From positions 18,984,471 through 19,048,470 of the forward strand of contig JAHRHZ010000035.1 of the NCBI GenBank assembly GCA_024137785.1: DNA of 64,000 bases. Direction: 5' to 3'. Position 1 is the first letter of the stretch. Every line of letters begins with the position of its first letter. Source of the stretch: Ginglymostoma cirratum. Lineage: Eukaryota. Positions 13,341 through 25,415 of the stretch are shown here, in pieces. The translations under genes and the position numbers were made by a program. The notes under the pieces were generated by a model that searched no databases, had not been told where the DNA came from, and worked only from the letters and a program-made list of their open reading frames with translations.

Positions 13341-14479
13341 CGCTTAAAGCAGAGACATTGCTAGTGCTCAATGGAATCGAAAGGGAGCAGGTCAACCACA
13401 AGCTTTTAGTCCCCTTCGCCACTGGGTTAAACTCCTACTCAGCTATGTCACAGGGGAGATCTTGTTTACACTGCAAATGCTTTCCGATAGAGCTGACAAC
13501 ATTCCAATATTTCCCTGTCCTTATGCAAATTACTTGCAGGTCTTTACCCAGGATGTCATCTGCCATCATGAAAACCTTAAAAATGGGTCTGAAATTAGAA
13601 ATTGTGAGGGTGCAGGCTAGGGCAGCTTTGTTTACTAATCTAACCTGCAGTGTTTTAGATTTATAGCAGCTTCTCTCCTTAGCAATTTGAGCAAGAATGA
13701 AACGCTGTTCATAGGTACTACAGAAACATCCAGATGCAAATAGATATACGTTGGACTTTTACATAACAGTTATTTAGGCACATATCCATAGATACCGCTC
13801 CACGAACGCATTTCGATTGTAATCTGAGTGCCATCCCAGCAATATGATTCCGAGGTAAAACAAGTGCAGGCGCATTGGATCCATTTGCTAAGCACGAGGA
13901 TCATTCTAAAGATTTGTGATAAGTCGTGTGGAGTTTTGAGCTGAGGAGAAAATGAAACGAACAATTTGCGTAAAGAAGCCTATCATGGGGATTGGGGGCG
14001 GGGGATATGGGGTGGGCAAAGGGGCAAAGGATTGTAAAAACAATCACTTCCTGTGCTCCTGTCCAGACAGGACCAGGGACGGTATTCACCACCTTCCCAA
14101 TGCAATGGTCTCACCTATCGGCTTTCAGTCAATCACTATTCACTCGTTTGGAGATTCGTACTCATTAAAGCTAATGCAATAACCAACCACTTCTTAGACT
14201 GCATTTTCTGCTGAGGGACCCAAGACTGCCCGTCCCCAGATCGGTGTTAACCACTTGGTTTCAGTTAAGAGACAGCTCAGTAAAATGTAGGTGACTATGA
14301 TAACTTGCCATCATTAAAAATAAACTGTGGTAGGAATTTAACTACATATCTCAACGAGCCAACGTGAAAAAAAAAGTGTCTGGAAACACACACAGCTAAA
14401 AGCTCGCTAACAGACAGATAAACCGTGTGAGCGCTTCTTGCTTGAGTTTGAAGTCACAGCGGCTAGAGTGAACGAGAGG

Positions 14480-14781
14480 AGTTAAACTTCCTCTCTCACT
14501 CCCTCCGGTCAATCCTGATTACACAGTAAGATTAAACAGATCCCTAAACCCCTTGCACTTCCACATGGACTTTCTCCAGAAGCTGACAGACCAGACGTGT
14601 CCTACACGATCGAGTCACTTCACTTCCTGGCTTCCAGCAACTACATCACCAAACGGAAAAGTGGAAAGGAAGATTTTTTTTCCAACAAAAAAAATTGAAC
14701 TCCAGTAAATATTTAGCTCTTAAAAAAGCCGGCAGTCTGTGCTCAGAGCTATAAAGTCGAGGATCTGAAACTTCCAACCAA

Positions 14782-14819
<38 letters not shown>

Positions 14820-15175
14820 TCTCTCTCGTCTCTCTCTCTCTCTTTCTCCACGGCTAAGAAATCGCAGGCGCTGCGTTGATGTCCACATTCGCAACGTAAT
14901 CAGACTGAATACCCCCTCATCCCTCCTTGCAAACAGGATTTTCTGGTACGCCTGTAATCAATGCTGATGCTGTCTCACCGCGCTCTACTCCCCAAACACA
15001 GGGGCTGAAACCGCAGCTGTGCACCACTGGATTTTATACTTTGACCTAGTAGAGGGGCACGAGAACAGGAGGGAGACAAAGCAGAGGGAATCTTTTTTTC
15101 CATCGACCACTCAAAACTTCTCGAACAGTTTCCTGGGTGTTGCGGAACCAGCACTTTCAAGAATCGACGATCCCC
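14480..15175 (+). promoter_or_regulatory. Probable Lhx6 proximal promoter / 5'UTR
   Basis: Immediately upstream of exon 1. TATA-like TATAAAG at 14750-14756, Nkx2-type CCACTCAA at 15107-15114, and retained CpGs. The TSS cannot be determined from sequence. Confidence 0.45.
14787..14849. repeat. (TG)15 microsatellite followed by an imperfect (CT)n tract, ~330-390 bp upstream of the Lhx6 ATG
   Basis: Direct inspection. Confidence 0.95.
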
Positions 15176-15253
15176 ATGTACTGGAAAAGTGAAACTCTGG
15201 CTCCTCTGTCAGAGGGGAACAAGGTTCTATCTGAAGGAATTCCAGCTGAAAAG
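15176..15253 (+). CDS. lhx6: Lhx6 coding exon 1: MYWKSETLAPLSEGNKVLSEGIPAEK
   Basis: ATG at 15176. The MYWK start matches the long Lhx6/Lhx8 isoform N-terminus. Donor AAG|gtaaca at 15254, phase 0. Confidence 0.9.
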
Positions 15254-16179
15254 GTAACACACTTCATTAGTACCGGGGACCGAGAAAGAGTGGGCTAGAA
15301 CTATTACGTGTGCAAGTTAATTGGGTGAGGGGGGATTTTTTAAAACAAAATAAGTCAACTTTCTGACCAGGCGGTGAGCGCCTCCTTTGCATTTTATACA
15401 TAGAAAAAAACAACCGGCTGCAAAACCTGGACAAGAAGGGCTTAGAAATCATTTAAATTCGGACTGAGTGGACCCTGTGTGTCTTGTGAACTTAATGTGG
15501 GATTTCTTAAGAGCAGGATTGGATTCCATATATTCAGGGCGAATTTGAGGAATGGACGTCTAAAACACAGGACTGGATTAAAAATTGTTCGGCATTTCAA
15601 CCAAAAAAAAACCCGGCGTTTAGAATGTAAGTGGCTAGGTGCAATAGTAAATGGGCCGCAGCAACATCAGGGAGAGTTTTCAACCGGGAAGCTAAAGGCA
15701 GAACAGGATATTGCAGTGTGGTGTTCTGTTTGCATATATTTCAAATCAGCTGCTTCAGCTGCGATAGTGAGCATTACCATTTAATTTTGAGGAATATATT
15801 CAAAATAAGTGTATGTATTGTTTACCAGGGCATGGGAAACAAAGCGGATTGTTAAATGCATGATGTAATGTCAAGACAAAGTGAGCCAAAAAAAGGCTTT
15901 AAATTTAACTGAACTGCTCGACCTCGTGCAAGTTGTGTCGTCTCCTTAAAATGCAACTAATAATCGAAAACGTGCCTTTTTTCCATTTAATCCAGCACTA
16001 TAGATCCAAAAATTACTACCTTCCCTCACAGTATTAGCTGGTTAAAAAGGGGCATTTGCAATTGTAAATCTCGATCTGAAATTAAAAGGAAAGAAAAAGA
16101 GGTCTTCTGAATAGAAAGAAAGCTTTCAGGCTGACCACTTCACACTCATCCCCCAGTTGTTCGTTCAAAAATATTAGAT

Positions 16180-16420
16180 TTTTAATTACTGCCATTTAGG
16201 AAATCAAATTTCCAATTCTGCGGTGCCCGGATGCCTTATTGATTGACAGCTGTAATTGACACCCTGGTTGGCACTTATCTTCCGGATTTCATCCAGTTTC
16301 TAATTGCAGGTAGTTTATTTCTCTGCCTTGGATTGCACAGAAAGTGAGCGATTACTTCAAGAGCCCAGGGTTAAGTGGAGAAAAGATCGAATCAAAATTA
16401 AAATTGCTTCATTAAATGCC
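16180..16420. promoter_or_regulatory. Candidate conserved enhancer / alternative promoter in intron 1
   Basis: TGATTGACAG (16240-16249), TAATTG (16253 and 16301), TACTTCAAGAGC (16353-16364) and TTAAGTGG (16371-16378) within ~140 bp. Confidence 0.6.
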
Positions 16421-16571
16421 GTATTGTTGCATAGATTTAAATGCCCACTAGAAAAATATTATTTATTATTTTAAGCGCATATATAAACGTCCAGTTCTTC
16501 TTTAAAGACCTTTATACCACTACTTGCAGCAAGCATTGCATTCATATGTCTGGTTGAAATTTCTCTTAAAG

Positions 16572-16643
16572 GTAATGTCAAAGGACAGCCAGCATAAACA
16601 AGGCACCTCGCGCTGTGTGGAAAACAAAATTTCTCAGATCATG
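16572..16643 (+). CDS. lhx6: Lhx6 coding exon 2: VMSKDSQHKQGTSRCVENKISQIM (contains the alternative start Met at 16575)
   Basis: Acceptor ttctcttaaag|, donor ATG|gtaagt, 72 nt, phase 0-0. Same length and VM...RC.E...M pattern as mammalian [24 protein letters not shown]. Confidence 0.85.
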
Positions 16644-18194
16644 GTAAGTATGAGAGCATTTAAGATGAACATAATTTGTCAGAACTTGTTTCATTCGCTC
16701 AAGGCTGGCGGTGTACCTGTAGGTTTGATGCTTTTCGTATAAAGCCCGGTTGTTCGTTTGAAAGTCACAGGATCCCACTATACATTGTTTTTGTCGATGT
16801 CAGGGATTAAACAATCAACGCTCTTACATGCCGGGCCGCCTCGGTCAAACAATCAAAGTTTGCAAACAAAAAAAAGTCATGGCGAATAACAGACAATGTT
16901 AACGGCGTGACTTTTTTTATATGTTCTCGTTGATTCAATGCAAGCTTATTTCGCCTCTAGGAGAGAGAAAATATGTTTTAATGTTAAGAATATTCTTACT
17001 TCATCGATATCATTTAGCACTTAAAGCTGACCGTTACTTTCCGTGTGAAATTGACATTTTAGGGGTCGACTGAAACTTTGCAGAATATAGATGTCCCTTT
17101 TGTACACAAAAAAATCAATTCGAATTTAGCCCTGTTAATGTGTGCTCGGTCTTATAGGATAAAGGGATGAATATGTGGACGGACATGATTAACTATTAGA
17201 GCGCCGGCTATTTTGCTGTTTAATAGTGAAACCGTCACATAGTTGTATTTTTAAAATGACAGGGATCAAAGCATGCTCAACATGTATACGTCCATCCAGC
17301 TGTCACGGTGAAGTGCATTTTGTTGGCCAAACTCATAATATTTAGATCCCCTGTAACAACCCGTGTCAAAGAATGCGTTTCCCTTCGAACTGCCCAATGC
17401 AAGAGAAACTGATGTAATGTTACTTCTGATGCATAGTATAATTTATTTTTTAAAATGTTCAGAATAAAACATCCGTATTGTTAGGGACGTTATTGCATGA
17501 AGTTAAGTGTATAAAATGTGGGCCAGATTGCAGTACATCTATTTTTTTTAAAAAATAGACGGAGGAGCGATAAAATCATGTTGGTTAGTGGGCAGGTGAA
17601 CTGTAGCCCTGGTGGCGCACACTATCCGAGGGCGCTTACTGCTAAAACAATTCCTTCCTTCTTCGATACATCTTTACTTAAAACAATTGCCGCCATTTAC
17701 GAATGGTTTCTGAGCGTTAACAAAAACCCGCAAAAAAAATCGATCATCAACGATGTTTGATTGCCGCGTTTTGAATGTGATCATCAATGTTATGGCTGGA
17801 CTAGTCCCTAAAACTGGCATGTATACAAATAAAATCAAGCCCTGTTTAGAGAGATGTGCAGCTGGTTGAGTCTGAAATGCGTGAAATACGTGTATTGGAT
17901 AATGATTTATTGAACTGAGACCGGGCGGATCACCTGCACTTCAGTTCTTAATGTGAGGAATTAGTTTCAAATAATTAATAAGAAAATACAATACAATCTC
18001 ATTTTCGACGTAATGCTAAAACTGATGCTTGATGCAAATTGTCAATGACAACAGAAATTAATTGTGTTTAAAAGGTTTTAAACATTAAAATGGGTTTTTT
18101 ATGCAAAAAAGTGAAAGTGCTCTGGAACTGTTACTTTAAACCAGTATGCAGTTGAATAAAATTGATTCTTCTCCCCTCCTGTCCTTTTCGACAG

Positions 18195-18377
18195 TCCCAC
18201 TCTGATGCTGACACATTGGGAACTAACGTGGAGAAGGATGAGATTCGATCTTCCCCTAGTCCTCCATCTACTCCCTCGATTTCATCTCCGCCTTCATCCT
18301 CTTACTCCATCACCTCTGCCGACAAAAACATCTGTGCCAGCTGTGGTTTGGAAATCCTGGACAAATATCTGTTAAAG
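18195..18377 (+). CDS. lhx6: Lhx6 coding exon 3: SHSDADTLG...PSTPSISSPPSS...KNICASCGLEILDKYLLK (start of LIM1)
   Basis: Acceptor ccttttcgacag|, donor AAG|gtgaat, 183 nt. Lies within ORF 18162-18389. Confidence 0.96.
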
Positions 18378-20347
18378 GTGAATATATGATACAAAGAGGA
18401 CTGCGCCAGAGTAACATCTCGATACCCAGTCATCAAATTCATGCTATTTGAATAACGCGCGCTCAGCGAATAAACAGATTCGATTCAATTTAATTCAATT
18501 CAATTAAAACAAAACTAAGGAAGGTCATGACCATAAATATCCTGGAATGTTGAACTCTACTCGTTAACACGTCTAATCAAAAATTGGTCTTTGATTGAGG
18601 CTACTCTGCATCAGTTCCGACTTAATATCGATATGTTTTATGTAGCAACTTTGGCAAGAAAAGTAACATTTCTGTATTTTGAATCTACAGTCCAACAAGG
18701 CGTCAAATCCTCTGAACCTGAGGGATAGAGGTGCACTGGCCCATTCCAGTGTCTAGGTACAGATGATGTGGGTTGGGAACAACATTCTCAGTCTCTGAAA
18801 TATAGAGTCGACAGGATATCTCAAAGCACCGTGTGTAATCTATTCAATATAGAAAAAGGCCGTTTCATAATCTTTGAATGCATCAATCAACAACCTCCAA
18901 ATTCGGATTCTGTTGGAAATTTCCCAAATCCCCTTTATATTAATGTTGGATGTGTTAGGGAAAACGGGGTAGATGGAAAATAAACCGAAGTTGGGCCGCA
19001 GTGAATGGGAATGAGGAGATGGTGCTGCATAAATGACAGAATATACAAGTTTGCAGTATTAACCGATGGGTTTTCAATCTGTACAAAGCAGCAATGCTAA
19101 TCATTCTAGACAGAAATATTGACTGAACTGAACAACCATTTTAATAAAATAGATTACAATGTTTAATACTGGAAAAGATATCTACCCAAAGGGAGGTGCC
19201 TACGAGATATAAACGACACATGCAGTTATATCCGTTGCTGCACACCAGTCATTCTGGGGTTATTATGATGTTGCCAAACTGTGATTTCAGCCGAACTATT
19301 AGGGGAGTGCGACACCAATTCATTTCAAAGGGAAGCATTCCGATTTCTAAACCTTGACCTTATGATTTATTAGCTGTTTTTTTCTCTAGATGCGTGTATT
19401 TAATTAATGGCTGTATGCAGTCACCATCCATTGATCAATCCTGTATTGTTGGCAAGGCTGAGAACTGGAGTTCCTGCTAAACTTTAAAGCACATCAAATT
19501 CAAAGTTCTGTTGAATGCACTATTTTCGACCTTTTGATGCTGGAAAGCAGATGAGGAATGGGGGCGGGGCGGCGGGTGGAAACAAAATAATAATTTAATG
19601 TCAAATTATGAGAAAAACTCTGTGGAGTTCCAAGCAGAAGGGACAGGCTGTATTATGTGAATGTTTACATCTGCTTTGCGAGAAGCTCTTTACAGAGACC
19701 TTTTTTTAGGTCTTTGCTGAATCTATTTCAACTCTTAGCGCCAAACCTTACAATTTTCGCCTGTATATGCTTAACCTGTGTGCCGCAAATAAAAGCAGTT
19801 CCCTCTTAATTAATGCTGTCGTGGATCGTAATAAATGGCTCAACGAGCAACATTAACCGTTCAAATAAACTCAATCCTAATGTTTCAATATTTCAGAACT
19901 CATGACAATCTGAGGCAAGAATATGATAATCTCGTGATTTTCATTATTCCCTATAGTTGACTTGTAGAAGTTTTTGTGTCATACTTAATGGCTAAAAGTA
20001 TTAACGCGCCTTGCGCTTTCAATTTATGCGACCATTCTTTGATGCCGAATCAAAAGCTAGCAATTCATTTATATACAAGATATGTAAATATATCAAAATA
20101 TAATGCTAATACTTTGGGAAGTTTCAGTGCAAACAGAACACTGTTTCACATGTTCATTTTTGCGTACTCTTACCGGAATATTGTCGCTGGTTCTAAAATA
20201 GATCTGACAAGTATTATTGGAAGTAAATTTAAACGGGATGGTCATGAATGTTAGCCTCAATCTAACACTTACGGCTCATTTGATGTGTTTAAGTGAAGTG
20301 TTTAATCTGACTGTGACAGTTGATGGGTTTTGTACATGACATTGCAG

Positions 20348-20469
20348 GTGAATAATTTGATCTGGCATGTTCGTTGTTTGGCTTGTTCAGTCTGCAGGAC
20401 CTCCCTACGCAGACATACCAGCTGTTACATTAAAAACAAAGAAATCTTCTGCAAAGTGGATTATTTCAG
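20348..20469 (+). CDS. lhx6: Lhx6 coding exon 4: [41 protein letters not shown] (rest of LIM1)
   Basis: Acceptor ttgcag|, donor AG|gtaagg, 122 nt. LIM Cys/His/Asp zinc ligands are intact. Too short to appear in the ORF track, so translated by hand. Confidence 0.97.
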
Positions 20470-23400
20470 GTAAGGACCTACATTTCCCCTGGAGAATTGT
20501 GAGCCTTATTTTCCTTCCCGTTTGGTAAACTGCTTTTGTTAAAGTAAAGCAATGGACAGTGTACTTTCGAGAGCTCAATATGAAATAATTCTGTTAATGT
20601 TTCATAACTAAACTTCAAGGCATTCTTAAAGATAACATCTTATTGAATTACCGGATCTTTATTAAAACAATTTTTCATTATTGCAAGTTATACATTTATG
20701 AAGCAATTGGTACCAGCAGCAGTTGCACTCTGTATGTGGGTGGCTGTCTGTATGTGGGTGCTTGCATGTGTCGGTGTCTGAGAGTTTTTACACCGGTCCT
20801 TTCAGCAAGTCACTAAAGCAGACCCCTTGGATCAGGTATCCGAACAGGTGATTAGTTTCTCCTTTATAGAGTGGTGAGGATTTGAAAGATCAGAATAAGA
20901 TTCATAACTCTGATCATGGATTAAAAATTCACTCAAGTCTCATCTAAAACCAGTGCCCCCGTTAAAGCTCGGGGACTTGGCCTAAAAACACCGAATGATT
21001 CATCCATCCTGCTAAACAGGACTCCTCAATTGCGTTGACTTTTTTTTACTCATTCTGAACTAACTTCTTGGCATGTGTCTAAACGTTTATATCATGGCGG
21101 TATTTTAGATTCCGCTTTCTTTCATAAACCTGCGCGATTCATTTAGACAATTACATGAAAATAATCACCACGGCTTCCACGATGTGCAATGTAGGTAATG
21201 TAATCATTACAGAGGAACAGAAATGCCTTTGTGTGCGTCCGGCGAGGCCGGCTTTAGTATTGTGTGCCACGCTGAAACATTTTGCAAGGTCAGAATTTTC
21301 CACTTTTTTCTTTCTCTCTCAGAACTGGGAAATTACTCTGCCCCTTTTTATTAATCAACTTGTCAATTTAAGTTCCCTTTGTAATTTCAAGTCTCAACCA
21401 CCGTGTGCGATCATTTGGATTGAATCCGGATTGCCACTGCTGGTTTGCACTTCATGGTTCCACAGAGAATGTTTGTGGTGTGTGTTGTATCTTAAAGAAG
21501 CGATTGAAATACAATCCCAGAACCATTAAATCTCGCACAGGCATTTTGTGAAGAATTCATTTCACATTGCAAGGATTTAGCTTCAGGGCTCTGCGCAACA
21601 TTTCCAGACCTTTTTTTTTCCCGTTCAAGTGTTGATGGTGTCTCAGGATCCGACCTTAAGATCAAACCCTGTGCGATATCCATTGAAAATAATGCGGTGC
21701 GCTCCGCACAGTGGTGCTAGTCTATGGTTAATGTACAGGATTGTTACAGTAAAGTTAACATCAGTTTCAGGAGTTTGAATCGTGTGCAGAAATTCTGATA
21801 GACAATACATTTCTCCTCACGCTGCTGATAGTTGATGTAAATCCACTAAATGAGAGGTATAACCATAATATTTTTGCTCGCACTATTAATGTTCCCATGG
21901 GAGGCGTTTCTAAAACGTTCACATCAAACGTTCCACCAGTGAGTACCAGGGTTACATATAACCATGACTGTGTTGTTTAGATCTGCATCTGAGTTTGGTG
22001 CAATTATTTATGTCTGTCAGCAAAAAGGTATCAATATTTCACCAGCTCAATAACTTTACCATGGTGCAAATCATAGTGGTACAAATGTTGTGCAAGTCTA
22101 ACATTGACAAGCTGACCAAACCACGAGTAAAATGATCCTTTCATATTTTAGTTATTTGACACCTTTTTAAACTTGCTGCGGATCTTTTACCCTGACTTCG
22201 AACTCTATTAAATGAACAATATTTTTGCTTGGAGTGAATATATTTTGCAAATATATCATGGCGTGTGACACGTGCTGTGACACCCTGTTAAATCAATTCC
22301 CTTAAAATTTCAAATAAAGTTTGGTTTATTTAGAGCTATCATATTCAAAGTTGTTTTCCAGGCGAGTGAGAGTAGTGCATACCCCTCAATATCGAATCCT
22401 TCCAATTGTGTGCGGGTGTCTTTGTAAAATAATCAGACTTCATTTACTTCAGGGGAACTTTTTTTTCCCAGACAAGTTGGATCTAACGCATTCTTTTAAT
22501 TGTCTGTTCAAATTGAAAATGTTCAAATTCACAAGAGGGTTGCCCTGAATCAGTGACGTTTAAGGTGCTGATATAGAATTTCATGCCTTAGGACGTTGGA
22601 TTTTGGTAGAACTTCTAAAGGGTTCAGACTACTATCTTTTTTTTCTCTTTGCTTTAAACCAAAATATTCGCCAATAACCGAATCTTTCAAACACTTGTGG
22701 TTTAGCAAAGCTGAATAAAATGGGAAACTTTCAAGCAAAAACAATTGATCCTAGCCGTCAATCAGACAATATAGGGTTCGTGTTATCAAACTTTGTTATG
22801 CTATATATATATTTAAAATGTATACAAATAAAACGACACTGGAACAACTAGGTTTTCGGGATTCTTATTGAAGTAAATTGACTTTTGCCACATAGGCGAC
22901 AGAGTAGGCAATAAACTTGTACCTTATGGACCTTCCCGCTCCTTGTAGAGGTACCTTTTGCAAAAAAAATGCCACCAAAATAGGTGTTGACATTTGACAT
23001 GCCCGCCATCCAATCGGTGTTTCCAAGAGACCTGAGCTGAGAATAATTGAAAGCAGTGTTATAAATTGCCCAGGGTAGTGGTAATTATGTGCTTGAGCAC
23101 AGCATTTAGCATCTGGGCGCGTAAATAAGCATGTCTGGGTAACCTTTGTTACGAAGAAATATGAATATTTTCCATTTGTAGCAGTGAGTTAATTTGCACT
23201 GTTTTCGCCTTTTCCACGAAACTGACGGTGGGAAGAGGGTGAGCGGTGGTCAGACTGTTGGTGTGCTCGTTATCTAAAAATCATAGCAAACAAAACAGCG
23301 AATATTTAAAAGATTTATCAGAAGGGATGGAATACAACGCGGTGCCTCTTCCAGCTGATTCACGCCACTGCTGCGAATATCCACGCCACATCATGATTTC

Positions 23401-24410
23401 AAACCCTTTGGTTTCTTGCCCCTAAAACGGTTGACCTTATTGAGGATTTGTACAGGGCACAACGGAGGCTCTGAAGATATATAATTGAGATTAGAGATTT
23501 GAAGCCCGTGATGACCTGCACATTGTATCATGGTTTGACTGCAGCAATATCTCATCCACGAGGTGGGTGGGTTCTCCCTAACACGACGCTACCCTTTTGT
23601 AAAGCTGCTTCATTCAGTGTAATTAAACTAACCAGTAAAGGGAGTTAGAAACATAAGCGGCAGTGATCGGAACAACTGTTCAAGATTGGAACAATTTCAA
23701 GTCAAAGACAATTTACATGAACGTAAATTAAGGGGAAAAACAATTTGTGTTTATAGCTAAATTGCAACAGTGACTAAACAGTGTTTCATATGTGGTAAAA
23801 CACTTTGGGACGCTCTAAAGTAGTGAAAGGAGTTATATAAAAGCAATTTTTAAAACCTTTTAGCGTTATAACACATCAGTGGCGAGGGAGGTTTCCCTGC
23901 AAAGCCGGGTGTATTTATCTTAGCGCTCATCTTAACGCTCGTACAATTAACATGTCTGCGGCGCGTTTGTGTGGATTTACGGACAGAATGGGATTCTTAC
24001 ATTTGGAGGTTCTTGTGCGAAGGACTTTGTGATGGGGCTGCAGAATGTCCAGCATGTACGCTGCCCTTTTTTGTGCACCATCAATCTGCAATAAGGCGGC
24101 AGTGCACTTGTAACGTGCTTTTCAGAGCACGGCGGGATTCACCTGGACACTTTCTCCCCATATTCCATTCATGTAGTCCGCCCGCACTCACTGCTGTATA
24201 GATTAGGGTTTAAATGTCGAACAGATCGGAGGAAACACAATCCAGTGCTTCCTACAGTGTCGCAAAATCCAAGGTGGTTGTGTCTGTTAGCTAAACTCCT
24301 AAGGTTTATTCAAGTTACTAACCCATTCCTAGCAGTTTAAACAAAATCTAACCTTCTTTAGGAAAACAGACTTGGCCTTGGAGCAATGCAATCAGATGTC
24401 TTAGTTTAGT

Positions 24411-24615
24411 AAAACAAAGAACTGCGCATGCTGGAGAAGCGAATCAAACAGAAATGGAAATTGCTGGAGGAACTCGGCAGGTCTAGCAGCTTCTGTGGCG
24501 AGAAAACAGTTAATGTTTCGACTCCAGCGACTCTTGAACGGTTAACCTCCCGTTAACTGTTTCTCTCTCCACAGATGCTGCCAGACCTGCTGAGTTTCTC
24601 TAGCAATTTCTGTTC
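24411..24615. mobile_element. Older fold-back copy of a related PLE terminal-repeat family
   Basis: gaaattgctggaggaactcggcaggtctagcagcttctgtggcgaga is inverted against tctctccacagatgctgccagacctgctgagtttctctagcaatttc. A decayed hammerhead half lies on the minus strand at ~24512-24536. Confidence 0.65.
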
Positions 24616-25009
24616 TTATGTATTTCAATTGCTTAGTATGTTAGCCGTGCCGTGACATAAGCAAAGTCACGTTATACTGTAAAAACCGTTATCAAATAAC
24701 ATCCCTCAAAGTACGAGGGTGTCGCTATTATGCTAGAAACTGGGTGTGGTTGGCACGTTCTCATTCATCTTATCTCAGTAATAAAACTCACTCCTATCAG
24801 TGAAAAGAATGTGAGCATTATTAATATTTCCCCTCCTTGCAGGGTAAGTGTTACATGTTTCAACACCAGATCTCCAGTCGCCGGCTCTACGAGTCCATAA
24901 TGTTCCCTTAGCAACCAGGCTGGCACCAAGAAATTAAAGTATCCAATTAAAATGGTAACTAGAATGCCACGTGATGTCATCACACCACTCGGTGCTACAT
25001 CGTCCCTTC

Positions 25010-25415
25010 TCCTGAGAGCGAGGGATATGAGCCCTCCCTGAGAGATGTAGACCCTCACTGAGAGAGATGCAGACCCTGACTGAGAGAGATATTGCCCCCC
25101 ACAGTGAGAAATATAGACCCTCACAGAGAGGGATATAGACCCTCACTGAGAAAGAAAGATGTCCTCACTGAGACATATAAATCCTCACTGAGAGGTATAG
25201 ACTCCCACAGAGAGAAATTCGGGCTCTGACTGAGAGAGATATTGGCCCCCCCCCCCCCACTGAGAGTGATAGAGCCCTTCACTGAGAGAGGTCCTCTCTG
25301 AGACATACAGACCTTCAGTGAGAGATATTGCTTCCCCCCCCCCCCTCCCCGCCTACACACACACAGATATAGTGTTCCATAGAGAGATATAGGTCCTCGT
25401 TGAGAGAAATACAAG
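25010..25415. repeat. Degenerate minisatellite, ~22 bp unit (ccctcactgagagagat.taga)
   Basis: About 15 or more imperfect copies, interrupted by poly-C runs. Confidence 0.85.

Noticed and set aside
12687-13666. Overlapping His/Thr-rich ORFs up to 286 aa
   Set aside because: They arise from the stop-poor CA-rich repeat, are open in several frames and show no domain.
1-14400. Exons of an upstream neighbour (RBM18 in mammals)
   Set aside because: No recognisable RRM or RBM18 C-terminal peptide found. The ORFs here are TE remnants or noise.
25010-25415. CRISPR-like array
   Set aside because: Eukaryotic intron, adjacent degenerate units without unique spacers, and no cas genes.
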